Shown here in pieces: positions 17,429-30,109 of a DNA stretch of 64,000 bases. This DNA comes from Microbotryum violaceum (Eukaryota): positions 3,115,591-3,179,590 of the forward strand of contig LN717261.1 of the NCBI GenBank assembly GCA_001244265.2. Direction: 5' to 3'. Position 1 is the first letter of the stretch; each line of letters begins with the position of its first letter. The notes beneath the pieces were generated by a model, which did not search any database, was not told the DNA's origin, and saw only the letters and a list, made by a program, of their open reading frames with translations. A program made the translations under genes and the position numbers.

Positions 17429-18135
17429 ACCGCCCTCATCCGCCCTCGTGCTCGCTCCGAGTCGAGCATCAAGATTCAACTTGAAGGTCCAGCTCACAGC
17501 GGTGGCATACGTCACCACTTGACCCTCGTTTCAGCTAGCCATTGTTTTCCGGCTACACAGGACGAGCAGCTCTTTGCTATTCGATCGCCACACTGCACCG
17601 CGTGACTACTACATAATGCCCCACCGACCGCTGCAGGTGATCTAGGACCTAAGGGCGTGTTCGGCTGGAAAAGCACTTTTAGGGCTTTCACCTCAGGCAG
17701 GTTAAAAAGTAACCAGTCTTAGTAGCGCCGCCGCGCGGCCGGAAAAACCTATGCAAATAGGCGACCTAGGCCCGGTGGCACACCGCTACCGACGGGAGCA
17801 ACTCGGCGCCGGGACAGGCCCGTCTACCTCTTCCAAGTCCGTTTAGACCACTACCTTGATCATATGACGACATGAGTAGTTCCAGCAGATAACAAGAAGC
17901 AAATATTAGTTTCGCGTTGAATCAGTAACCGCACGTAATTTTCTAAATGTTTAGACAAGAAGCACGCGGGAACAAGCTCGCAAAGGTTTAGAGTCATTAC
18001 AATTGATCCGGAAATGATTTTCCGGCTTGGCCCTATGACGTAAGTCATTGACGGGGGAAGCTTGTAGAGCTTATAGAAAGGCTTGTTGAAGTCCAGGTAT
18101 ATCCATTAACGCCTCAGCACTGCTGAAGCCGTGGT

Positions 18136-21052
18136 AGGACCCCCGAAAGCCCAGCCATAGGCGGCCCTCTAAAAACGGCCTTTTTCGAGGCAAAATGTCC
18201 AAAAAAAATCCAGATTTTGACTGAAAATGTCCAAATATGAGGGTCGCCTAGTGCTGAATAATTTTTGAAAACTACTCTCCAAGCTCTACAATGCTCAGAA
18301 ATTTTTCTGCGCTGCGCGCAGACTGCGTTTCCGCCGCGCGCGGGCCGGAAAGGTCGCGCGCGCGCACACCAAGAGCGCCGCCAGCGCTCTGCTAGCTCTG
18401 CTCCACACCCGCCCCGCCGCGATCCACTGCCGCGCTTGATGGGCCAAGCTCTGACAAAGCTTACCGCCATACGAGCATGAGCCAGGCTGACCTTCATTCT
18501 TCATCATTATTGACGCTCTTCGTCTTCGTCTGAACGGCCTGCTGGTGCAAGACAAGCAAGGGATGCTGCTCAAATTCCTTTAATGTTCTGCAAAAGCCTG
18601 TACCGTTTTTCTTGATTGACGGTGATGTGAATTTCCCCTTCATCACGCCAGTTAGATCGCGTGGAATCCTTGACCTCGTAGTTGATGCTTGACAAGTCCG
18701 GTTTGAGCGAATTTATGATACAGCGCCCATCGACATGACGAATGCGCGTGTTGCCCTGATGAGACAGGTTGGAGTAAACTTCCGGAGCGATGACACGCAG
18801 CTCTTATATCACGGCATTTGCGAAAAGAGCAAGAGAGTCAAGACTTTCAACAATTTCATGAGTTGTGCTTCACTTCTTGTAAATGTTCCTCACTGCACGG
18901 AAGGTGACAAGTAAAATGTGCAGTCACGGTGCTAGTCAGTCATGTGAAGTTTCCCCACACAAGTAGTAGTTTGGCATACCTATCCCGATTGCCAGTCGTT
19001 CCCCGCATTGTTCACCCGAAGGCAAACCCACAGGTTCTTCTGGAATTCCATACACGACCAGTGTGTCCACCTTGAGAGAACGGAGTGCAGACACATCACC
19101 ATCAACAGCTCGGACGAGTACGTGGTTCGACATGATCTGACCATAGACCTCTTGTCGTCCTTTCATTTTGTCCTGTGGTGTCGGAGTCAAATGTGAGCGC
19201 AAGAAAAGGCACGCCCCAGCTTGCGTCATGATACATCACGATGCAGCGACTAACGTGAGATCGTCCCTCGGTGATGATCGCAGTTGTCGCTTGCTCGTGC
19301 AACGTCTTCTCCCGGATATTTGCCCCTGAAGCGAAGGTTCCTCTCGTTCTCCACAGACTGTCGATTCCTGTCCATTCCCATTGTCTCGACTATCCGTCGA
19401 AGTGCGGCAGAATGCACGTTGCCGCGGTGCTCGGTTCGGTTTTGGGCAAAGGGTTGATCTGACCCTACGTTCTGCGCGCCACCTTTAAACTTGATCTTCT
19501 CGAGGTGTCGGCATTGGTGTGCACGTCGTCGAGCGAGCAAGCTGTCCAAGTCGAGTGTGGGGACAGAGTAGAAAGCCCCCTTCTCTAGAAGATCACGCGG
19601 GTACGGGGGCGCTTCCCACTGGTTGGGAACACGGGTCTGTATCGGTAAATGCATCGATCAACCGATAATTGTGTTCACTCACGGATTGCTCATGCTCATG
19701 GCATGCTTCGGCCAGGATCGTTTGAAACTGTCGATCTTCTTCTTCTGCATCGGCTTGATCGAAGCCAGCATCAACAGCATCGCTGAGGGTTCAATATACG
19801 GTTGTTAGTGATCGTTTGTTGCTCTCAAACACCAAGCTACGTACATCAGAGCTTCCTGGTCAATGTCAAGCGCAGTCACCGAAAGAAGCGCGTCGCATTC
19901 CTCGCGTCGCATAATACACGGTAATGGCTCCGATCCGACAAGACGGAGACGATCGAGGACTTGGTTCAGACCAGCCTCGTTCACGTTCGGAGGGACACCT
20001 TGGCGAACGGTCGACTCGGATGTGTTTCGGAGTACCAGGGGGAGCCTGCAGACACACGCAAGATTCTACCCACATCAGTATCCAAGATCGACTCATGAAT
20101 GAGCCCAGAGGATGCAAACTCACTGAGGATCTGTAGAAAGTCTTGGAGGCGTGTAGATCGACCTCGAAGATTGACGCGGTCGACAGCTGTCCAACGTATG
20201 CGAGTGAGGTGATGACGAGCACTCGCAAGCTCACGCTCCCGAATTGCGTCGGCGTAGCTAATTGAGAAACCTGTTCTTTGAATGTTGTGGATGATATATC
20301 GAATTTTTTCTGCCTTGTCGAGATGGGCCCATAACGCCGAGGCATTGAGAGGAAGGCGCATTGACCGACGACCCCGATACGGCGAATGCGATAGATCGAT
20401 AGCCATCGAGATAAGCCAAGGATAGAAAGCTTTGATCGGAAAACTTTCCGATAGATTGCTTCAAGGGGCGTGGCAGCGCGTCAGAATGTCGAGGGTCATC
20501 TTTCGATAGAGCAAGTCGGAGAGGAGCGTCGGGCGCAGGTAGGTCGTACGCGAGTAGGTCAACGAGGCGTAGGTCGGCAACAGGGCTCAAGATTGCAAAT
20601 TTCTCGGAGGTGAGAGCAAAGCTCGGTTTGATATTAATGATCACAGGCATTTTGAACACCTTTGTAGACACCTTTGTAGAGTATAGAGTGCCAGTGATTG
20701 GGTGCCACGACCGCGGTCGGTGGCGTGTCGCGCGAGTCAAACTGAAATGGACTCGAATAGGATCTCATGATTGATCGCAAATGCAGCACTTCCCAACGCG
20801 CTCAAATCGCAAACAGCGCGACTGTTACCCGCGCGCAGCTGGGCCGGCTATATATGCCCCGCGCCTCCAGCCTCCCGCTACCCTGGTCTGCGCTTCAAAG
20901 TTTGACCGGAGGGAGAAAAATGTCCATAAATGAGGTGAGCCTCGACCCATTTTGAGCCAAAAATGTCCAAATTTGCGGACTGCCTAGCCGATTTTCGGGT
21001 CCCCAAAATGTCCAAATTTGCGGGCCGCCTCTGGCTGGGCTTTCGGGGTCCT
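18136..21052 (-). mobile_element. Unclassified TIR transposon, 'AGGACCCC' family copy 1
   Basis: ~31-bp TIRs AGGACCCC(C)GAAAGCCCAGCCA.AGGCGGCCC; 8-bp TSD GCCGTGGT/GCCGTGGC; AAAATGTCCAAA subterminal repeats at both ends. Confidence 0.85.
18500..20650 (-). pseudogene. Decayed ORF of the AGGACCCC family (unknown protein)
   Basis: MPVIINIKP..LLAYDLPAPDAPLRLALSKDDP..ALWAHL..LDLDSLLARRRAHQC..ELRVIAPEVYS..RHVDGRCIINSL; matches peptides at 35740-37096 (+) and 44800-45529 (-). Confidence 0.6.
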
Positions 21053-21623
21053 GCCGTGGCATGTCTGGCCCAGTGCAACACGTGATCTGACGCGGGTTGC
21101 GCGAGGTTGCGCGCCGTCCGAACCTGACGGAATCGACGCGTGTCGTGCGTTGTTGATACGTTGACAGCTGTTGTTTTTAGGCCCCATCTCGCCCGTACAT
21201 TCAACACGAGACCCATTGGTCTCGCCGCGAATATCCTCGTCCTCAATCGCCGAACCGCATACACGTTACGTCTCTCGTTGATCTCCATTGATCTTGTGAT
21301 CCTTTCACATCGCCAACTCATACCAAGTTTTCACGCTTCGGCGCTCGACAAGCCCCACGTGTATGTCCGGCGATTGTCGTCCGGGCTTTACCAGAGAACG
21401 AGCTTCTGAGGGCCTGCTGACATCCACGTCTTAACTATGCATTCATCGCGTGGCCTCGGAACATTGCGGGCTCCTTCCCTCCTGGATAACCATTCACAAA
21501 CAAGTCTCTGGGTGCGTGGTGGAAGTGCGGCTGCGCGGTCGTCGACGCGCGGTTTGATTGGTTTAATGCAGCACCGTGTCATTCTGACCTTTCCCTGTTC
21601 GCCTTCCAGGCTCTGCCTGTACG

Positions 21624-23534
21624 ATGTTCTCTTCCAATACGATCTCGTCTAGCGAGCAATATGATGCGTACCATCCAAGTCCTGCGCCGCCCAGCCGACC
21701 GCTTGACGCTCCCGCGTTCGCAAACATCGATTATCCAACCTATTCGCTCGAGTCGGGTAGCCAAGCGTCCGCCTTCCCATACCACCTCCCTGTCCTAGGC
21801 AGCACAGCTAGCACAGGGTACCCATCAAATCGACCCTCCTGTCCCGCCGATTCCGCCGCCAATCGCCTGCATCACCTGCATCGCCTGCTGCCTGACCCCC
21901 TTCAATTGCCAATGGACGAAGCCAATACATCGTCGGGCGTTCTGCAATCCTCGCCGAATTTCTCATCAGTAGATGGAAGCACCCCGACAATGCATCCATC
22001 ACCACTTCCCGCCGCGGATCAACAGTTCGCCCGCGTCCAAGTCCCTGTTGCCACCGTGCCGACCGCAGTTTCGCCTTTGACGCCAGCGAAGAGGCCGATG
22101 GGCCCTAGCCTCCACGAACAATGCAAGGCTATCCCTAAGCGCAACTGTCGTAAATCCGAACGACTTATGCACGAGCAATGGGCCCAGAGAAGACTTGACG
22201 AAGAGCTCGAGTATTGTATCCGACACAATATTCGACTCGATTATTTGAGGAGCATTGTTGCGCCCGTGACTCGCCTTGGCTCTCCCACTTGTTGGAATGA
22301 CTTTGTGCAGAGCAAGTACTTCGATTCGCTGGCATTTCAAGATGGATTGGAAGGTAGGCACAGCTCTTGACTACCTGGTGCTAAATTCTAGCATAGCATT
22401 GCACTACGCTATTGTTGAACTAACGGGCTGGGTTGATCCGCTTTAGTGCCGACCAATTTGGTGAAAAGGGTTATACTCGCAAAGCCATATTGGAACGACA
22501 TAAAGGATGACGCAGAGTTGATGACGAGGTTTGACGCGGCGCTTGCCTTGGAGCGTGAGGAAGCGACGCAATTAACGCAAGCGACCGAAAGTTCATCCTC
22601 CATCAAGATCGCCCGAAACAAACCGATGAGTCACGAAGCCATTAAGAAAGCGCGCCGATGCATGCAGGCCGCGTTGGAAACCATGGTGAGTCCAGGCTCA
22701 ATTTGATACTGCTCACAGTAAACTAACTGAAAGGATCATGTCACCCTCAAAACCAACCCAGAGCACTTCATATGCGCAAAAATATGTACTCCAATTGTTT
22801 GCTGTGGTCTCTTCTGATCTTCCTGAACTTAATAAGGAGCGTTTCATGGTCGCGAGCCCCGGTGGTTTGGCCTTTGCCTATCGACAAGACTGAGGCGATA
22901 ATTTGGGTTCAAGACAGCTGCTCTCCGACTTCGCGGATTGCGTTACCGGTAGAGCGTTCTTGGAGGAGAAAAAGGCCGAATTGGAAGCAGCTGGTCAGTA
23001 GGTGCACGCGCCGGCAGACTATTGTCACTTGCTGATTGATGTACATTACGCTGTCACGCAGTTTGGGAGGCGCCACTGACAGAAGCGAATCTTGCAACAA
23101 AAGCCTCGTGGTACAGCACGATCGTGAAAAAACTTTTCTGTGTGGACTATGTTCTAATCGAGATTTCAGTTGCTGCTCACTTGTTGACTACTAACGATGA
23201 GTCTTCTTCTCGGTGCAGATGATGCCATGAAGCGACGTACCAAGAACCAAGGCACGAAAACAAGAACAAACCTCCCAAGTTGGTGTGCGACCCAACCGCG
23301 CTCATGCAACAGGCCAGTATCGTAGTTGAATGCGGCCCGAGCCTCAACTTGGAGACGGACTTCGCCAGCCCCATGGGCAAGCCAAAAATGTCGGGGGCCG
23401 ACTTGGATCGTATCATTCCCCTGCTGCGTGCAGGAGAGTTGAGATTCAGGCTAACGGAAGAGGTACTAGCGGATGCAGAAGATGAAGATGGTGCAGCTAT
23501 CCTGCCGACAACGGCCAAGATGGCAGCGCGGTGA
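21624..23534 (+). pseudogene. Multi-exon cargo/partner gene of the KDZ element, function unknown, integrity uncertain
   Basis: 248-aa ORF (P/S-rich, then TCWNDFVQSK), followed by ORF pieces at 22446-22706 and 23280-23534 separated by GTAGGC/GTGAGT/GTCAGT donor-like sites. Exon structure not fully resolved. Confidence 0.5.
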
Positions 23535-26500
23535 GCTGCCCCGATTCCGACGAGCACTCTTAGAGCTTAGGGCAGCAGGTCTCGACGCCGAAATGAGCCA
23601 GCGCGCTGGGACGGACATGAAATGTAGGGCTGAGTTGGAAGATATAACGAGCGGATGCCGCTGGACGAAGCAAGATGACTACTGGAGTTAGTGCGCTAAG
23701 GATCCTGCCTGTAGTGCACCAAAGCCGCGAGCGTATCCTGCATGATGTTCGCCGTAATGATACCTCTGCTGCTTCCGCAGAACAAGAATACTGAAATGCT
23801 CCGTTTTTTGAAAATTTCGGATTGTAGCGTGCTCTGCGTCCTCCGAAATAGATCGCTCTGGATCCGCAATTCTCTAAGTGCGCTCTGACATACGCAGTTC
23901 CGGATTTCCGCACTGAGTATTCGAGGTGTTCGAGGTGTTTTGAGATCATTTGACACTGGCGCACGGCCAAAAAAGTCTTATCCGATCTCTCATTATGACG
24001 ACTAGCGACCGAGTATGACGGTCCATGCTCAAGTGCTTGCCCCGAGTTGAACCCGCCAGCATGTCGTGCCTCGTCCGAAAGTGTTTCACGCGGTGTGGGC
24101 ATCAGGTAATTGCCACGGGGTCCCTACGTTTCGCTCCATCTGATCTGTCCAATCAACTCAGTCTGGAAGGCGAGCCGGTCTTCTCAACTCCAAAGTACCA
24201 GGCGACCTTTCGTGCTAAAGTTGAAATCATCATTACTAGGGTTTGAAGTGTGAGAGGAACACTGTCAGGGAACCTCGCCGTTCCTAGTAGCATCCGATCC
24301 AAGTGGCACTGCTCACGCTCAGTATGTAGCAAATCGCACGTCTCGTATTGGCCGCCTATTACAAATATCACACCCCACCTTGCTGGGACTCCAGTGAGTG
24401 GGCCCGGGACTCCGACGGGTAACTCACAGTCGCCGCTCCTTCGTCCTTGCAGGCTGACATGTGGATGCCTGTCCGTGCCAAAAGAGAATTGGTTTGTCGC
24501 ATTCACATTACTTTATGAGCATTGTCAAGGAGTAGCTTGGCGGATCCGGGCTAGTGTGGGACTGCGGCGACGCCACTAAAATTGAAGCTCCTCAAAAGCG
24601 ACTCAAACTCCGGTTGAAAGTCGATGGAAGGGTTCAGATTTTGTCGCAAAGCGATTTCGGTGTGTTGAAAACAAAATTTAGATGTTCACAACGGATTGGA
24701 AACATCCGAAGTTACTGCCGGCGGCGGGCGCCACGAGACCTCAAGCGACGCCAGAATACTACTTTTTATTGAATAGATCTCATTAACAGCACAATTATTT
24801 TAGTACCAAGAAACCTTCGAAAAAGTCGGAGGAATGCTTACAGCACACTGGCTAACGGCCACAGGTATTAGCTTGGCCGCTTTATTCTGCTTTGTCTGCT
24901 TTGTAAGAGTAGAAATTGCGCACATTTCGCTCCTTCGACTCCTCCATAGTGCGCGCTGTTTGTGGCGTTTGTTTTAGGACGGAAGAGTCGAGTTGCAGTG
25001 ATAAGAGAAAAACCCGCACTCCGTAACAAACGGAGGGTTTTGTAAACAGGAGTTATGAACAAGTAGGGTGGGAGGGAGGAGCTCAAAAAATAAATAAATG
25101 GTCGATCGGCTTTGCTCAAAGAGCGCAGGTCCGATTAGTACCTAAACACTGCAACTGAATTGGGGATAGGGCATACCTTTGCTCGAAAAGCGCAGGGCGA
25201 TGGCAGGGGAGGAAGGCGACGCGGTAGGTAGACGCGGCCAAACGAGGTCTGTATACAAGGTAGCCCCATGAGTCAACTTGCCCAACAAGGACAAGGAATT
25301 CGGCAACATGCCCAACAAGGACAGTCGTGATCCGGAATGCGAACCTTAGCTAGAAACAGCGAGCCGCGATAGTGCGAGTCTCGAAAAGTTCGCCCTTGCT
25401 CTAAGCAGTGGGTGCGATACGACCTTGCAAAGCAGCGGGTACGGCGGCTGCTTACAACGTAGTGGCAGGCTAGCTCATCAGTCCAACTGTCCAACAAGGG
25501 CAGAGGGCTTACGAGGGATGTTACCCACTTTGAGTGAGTAGAGACTGGCAGGGGGGTGCCGGAACCACAACACGAAACGCTGAGGCGTGCGGGACGACGA
25601 GGGAGAGGGAGAGGAAGGGCCCGCGCGCGCCAGCAGGTGAGCAAGGCGGGAGGCCCGAGGGGGCCGGGAAGAGTGCGTGCTGGCACAGGGTTCGAAGAGT
25701 GGAGCGCGAGCGGGCCCCGTTAGGCCGAGACCAGCGCGCTTGAGCTGTCCGTGTCAAAATCTTGCAGCAAAGGCCGAAAAGACTATCAGCTCCTCTCAAC
25801 GTCCTGTCCGCTGCTGAGAGCTGAGGCTCAGAGTCACCGACGCAATGCGCCGGCCGGCCCAATAGCAGGCAGTGAATTTACTCACTGATGACGCATGGGC
25901 TCTTCGATACCCATGACCAGTGAGAAACCAATTCGAATTGCAAGGATTTCCCCGGAGTGTATCACTTCGGACTCACTCGGAGTGATCCCACAGTGGCCTC
26001 TCCAAGGCGGCAACTTGAGCTGAGCCTTGAAATTTCAGCTTCAACCTCCCGGATGATGTCAGCACAAGTCGAGACGCATAGAACATGCGACAGTGCCCAC
26101 AAGCAGCTATGCTTCTAGCAAAATCGTACTCAATTCTGAGGAAGGGGTGGCAACAGGCGCCTTCAGGTGCAGTGCTCACGGGAACATGGCTCGGGCAAGG
26201 GGAACCTCCGACCCTTGTTCCCGTAGGAGGACGCTCGTGCGTACATCCTAGTATTGCGATTGAACCCCACCTGACGACAGGAGATATGTTGGTCATAGCG
26301 AAGGGACCTGCTCACTCATGTTGACAAGGTTCGTGCTTCAGTTACTCGAGTAACAACTGGCGCTTCGAGTGAAAAAGTCACTCGACTCGGGCAAGAGGAA
26401 CCTCCGAGCCATGTTCCCCTTGATAAGAGGACGCTCTGCATAGGCGCGTTCGCACCCCCGTTACTTCCGACCATCCGAACAGTGGGCTGAGCCCTGCCTG

Positions 26501-26598
26501 ACATGTCATGGTTCATTATTGCAGATGTAGTAATCATCGCCACACCATTAAACATTCGAACTCATGGTAAAATTACTGCAGCCAGTGTTTTTCACATT

Positions 26599-29345
26599 TC
26601 ATTCTTCCGAGTCAGAGTCCGACAAAGAACGCTCCTCGTCGGGAACCAGATTATCAGAGCTGTCCGAATCGTATAGCATGCCCTCTTGCGACTCCAGCAT
26701 CTGGACCGTCAGATCATGCAAAGACTTTGCGCCTTCTACATTCATGTCAGTATCCAGCTGCTCCGTGATGCGCCGCGCGAGCAGACGATCGTCATCGGTG
26801 GTCCGGAACGACTCGGATGGCGCTGCATAGGCGCCCGATGCGTCCTCCCGAGGCGCAACACTACGCGCGCCAGCTCCAGTAGCTGTTGTCGTCTTGGAGA
26901 CGTTGCCCGGGTTCAACAGCAGTTGCGGGGTGATACGCTTCAGAGCTCGAGGGACTGGTTCGTGCGTATCCGCTGGTCCTCTGGTCGTGTACCACAGCAG
27001 TAAGAAAGTGCTATCGCGGAACGGCTTCAAGTTCCTTTCGAGCAGCAGTGCTCCGAGCCTTGGCTGAGCGAAGTCGGCGGGTGAACCAGGACCCTAGTTG
27101 TTGCAAAGAGTCAATACGGCGAAAGACGAAGCGGCGACTGCGGAGCACTGACCAAGCCTTGAGACGTTCGCGTCATTCACTGCCTGCGTGCGGACCGCCA
27201 AATTGACAAGGCGGTGGGACTTATTTGATGGGCGATTGATGGGGATGAGGGAGCGCAGCGCGCTCCATAGTCGCTCACAACCTTCTCCATCAGTGAATCC
27301 AAAGTTCGGGATAAGACGGGGGTTGTAGTCAACCTGGCAACCCCAGGTATGGGCGTATGCATGGAAGGCACTTGTGGCAAACTCGAGTCGCTCAAACAGC
27401 TCAGGCAGAAGATGCCTCTGAAAAGGTTGAAACACAAAGCCCATATGATCAGCAACGACATATCGGAGGGGCCCGAGCCGAGGTGGTCAATGCAAACCTT
27501 CTCAATGTGGTGCTTGAAATTACAAGCGATGTCGTACAAAACTCCAATCCTAGCATCTGGGGGAGATGGTCCGAGATGTGCTTGACAATGGCTAAAGCGA
27601 AGTACAGCCTAGGTGATTGGAGCGCAGGCAGGCATGAGCATGAGCAGTGAAAGTAAAAATGCAAGTTGGAGTAGAGGAACATAAGCTCAATACACTCACT
27701 TTTCGCCGGTCTTCTCAAGATTCATCATTTTTAGGGCGATATCATGGCGGCACACGCCGGCGACAAGTCCTGTATCGATCTTGCGCGACGAGACTCGACC
27801 AGCGCCCCCGTCAGCAGCCTTCCACGACTCTGTGCACGCCTTCCGACGGGGCCGGAGCGATATTACTCAGTATTCAAGGCGGAACGCAAATACATCACGC
27901 TCCTCACCTTCTTCGTTGGCCGCGCTGTATTCTCGACGAGTGCTTTCATGTCCAGGACGGCTTTATCAGACAGAAACAAGCTCGGCACTATTCCCTGGAC
28001 GTCGTATGTCGCATTATTTTCTCGGGTTTGCTGGAAGTTGCCGTCGAGCGCGATCATATAATCCAGTTGGAGGGTGTGATGGTGTCGGTTGAGCCGTTTC
28101 GGCCCGAAGCACGCTGGGCATTTGTTGGCCAGGGCGTCGGCGGTGCCCAAGAGAAAGTCGCCAACGTCGCGCTCAGATGCTTCGATGGCGCGAAACTCGT
28201 CGATCGCCCGCTGCCATTGCTTCCTCAGCTCTTTATCCTGAGCTCCACAACCGGGCAGCAAATGAGTCCGGGTAGAATCCATGGCAAAAAACCGATAACA
28301 AATGCTCACATATGGGTGTCCATGATAATGCTCTGGTTTCGACCACCCGTTGTCTCCGAAATAGTCTTCGAAGCCTGCAGCGTGGCCAGTGAGGGCGTAA
28401 GGGCATTACGCCAACGCGAGTTTTCTAGGCGGATCATGCGGAAGGAGAACGCTGATCCTGGGTTGACAGCGGTCGATGCTATAAACCCAAGTTGAGCCAG
28501 GCGTACAACTTCCCCAACACAGGGCGGATTGGAAGCGCAGAACGTGACTTGCTTGGAATAGACTGAACGGCAAGGCGCAGAGCGGGTTTCACGTGTCAGT
28601 GATACCATGACAACGGCAAGAAACGACGCATCGCGCAAATCGGTGAACGGAGCTGGCACGACACATACCGGTCAGTCCGTCGTACAGGACCACCTCGCGA
28701 GCATACACGTGCTGACAGTGGCATGGTGAAGGAACGTTCAAGTCGTCCTTGTCGCTGTTCGACACGAGCGGCAGATACTGCCCATTGGTGCTTATGCGTA
28801 AATCAAGATAGAGACCCAAAAGGGCAGCGCGCTGACTCTCGCGCTGCCCGTGCTCGAGTGTGATAAACTTGGAGTAACCTTCTTGCTTAGCGGCAACCGG
28901 CGGATCGGAGACACGGGGAGTTGGTAAAACCTCCCGTGCGAGTTCCTGGTGAGTTGAGCGTTGTAAGTCGGGGTCGGGTGGGTCCCAGCGCTCCATGGAA
29001 AGATACATTCCCCCTAGGTCTTCGTACTCGGCCTCTGAGATAATCCTCGCTAAAATCATCGTGTGAGAAGTTCAGGTCATTGGCGAAGACTGAGGTCGAG
29101 GCGACAGGGACGCGTTGGTTCGTACTCGTTTCGACGTATGACGTTGCAGATGTGGTGGGAGTGGCATCCATATCTGTCTTGGGCTTCCTCGGCCTCTTAC
29201 GTCCTCCTTTATCGACGATCGTACCTCCGAAAGTGACAAGGCACAGCGGCATCGTGGCGTATTGATTCGGGCAATCGGGATGGTCGAGGTAGTCCGAAGG
29301 CTTGATCCGCGGAAAGCGTGGTTTGAGTCGCGAGGGGCGGCCCAT
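26599..29345 (-). pseudogene. KDZ transposase with N-terminal CxC-type Cys cluster; frameshifted and C-terminally shortened
   Basis: LAQLGFIASTAVNPGSAFSF; CPACFG..IALDGNFQQ; YDIAC; FHAYAHTWGCQ..GFTDGEGCERLWS. These are diagnostic KDZ motifs. Confidence 0.9.
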
Positions 29346-30109
29346 GGTGACTAAGCGGAATGAATACGAGAACACAAGTGTAGTAGCTCAGCAGAAACGA
29401 GCTCCGGGTGGGACAAGTCTGCGACGATCGAGGTAGTACGTCTGCAGGAAGCAGCGGCCGCCTGCATGCACGCGCGACAGATTTCTTACGTGCCACTTTG
29501 ACGTGTTCCTCATCTCACAACGCGTCAAGCACGTGACTGGACACCCGCCCATGAGCATGAGCCCCGGCCTCAGGCGCTTAGAGTCTAAACATTTAGAAAA
29601 TTACGTGCGGTTACTGATTCAACGCGAAACCAATCTTTGCTTCTTGTTATCTGCTGGAACTACTCATGTCGTCATATGATCAAGGTATTGGTCTAAACGG
29701 ACTTGGAAGAGGTAGACGGGCCTGTCCCGGCGCCGAGTTGCTCCCGTCGGTAGCGGTGTGCCACCGGGCCCAGGTCGCCTATTTGCATAGGTTTTTCCGG
29801 CCGCGCGGCGGCGTTACTAAGATTGGTTACTTTTTAACCTGCCTGAGGTGGGGCCTTTTCACTTTTAGCTGAAAGCGGCGCGCGCCGCGGTTAAGGACCA
29901 CTTTTAGCAGCCCAACACCTCACGTTTACTAGGAACCACTTTTAAGGCGCGAACGGCCGGGAGCGATCTGACGGGTGAGAGAGCTCACCGGACGAGTTCA
30001 GGTCACGTATTTGAACCCGGCATGTCGTCGAAATTCCAACACCCGGCACGAGGAGATGCGTGTCTTGCTTCTGCAATGCGCATCGCTGCATGAGGACATC
30101 TCGAAGTCA

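Larger units (their letters stand above)
17689..29850 (-). mobile_element. KDZ (Kyakuja-Dileera-Zisupton) transposon with 268-bp TIRs
   Basis: 17689-17956 is the reverse complement of 29583-29850 (about 6 mismatches by eye); termini CACCTCAGG..CCTGAGGTG; flanks GGGCTTT/GGGCCTT; KDZ transposase inside. Confidence 0.88.

Noticed and set aside
19981-20200. TFIIS N-terminal-like domain (LQIL..ILDTDVGRIL)
   Set aside because: Only a short motif resemblance inside a TE ORF; not supportable.
24551-24851. hAT-like MITE (TAGTGTG..CACACTG)
   Set aside because: Inverted match of only ~6 bp and no 8-bp TSD.
21060-26600. TET/JBP dioxygenase expected beside a KDZ transposase
   Set aside because: No convincing HxD..H..R 2OG-Fe(II) motif set in the frames I examined; a heavily decayed copy cannot be excluded without an HMM search.
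27647-28495. 282-aa plus-strand ORF and similar long shadow ORFs (e.g. 57197-57910, 50430-51005)
   Set aside because: Antisense or off-frame shadows of recognised genes in GC-rich DNA, with no motifs of their own.
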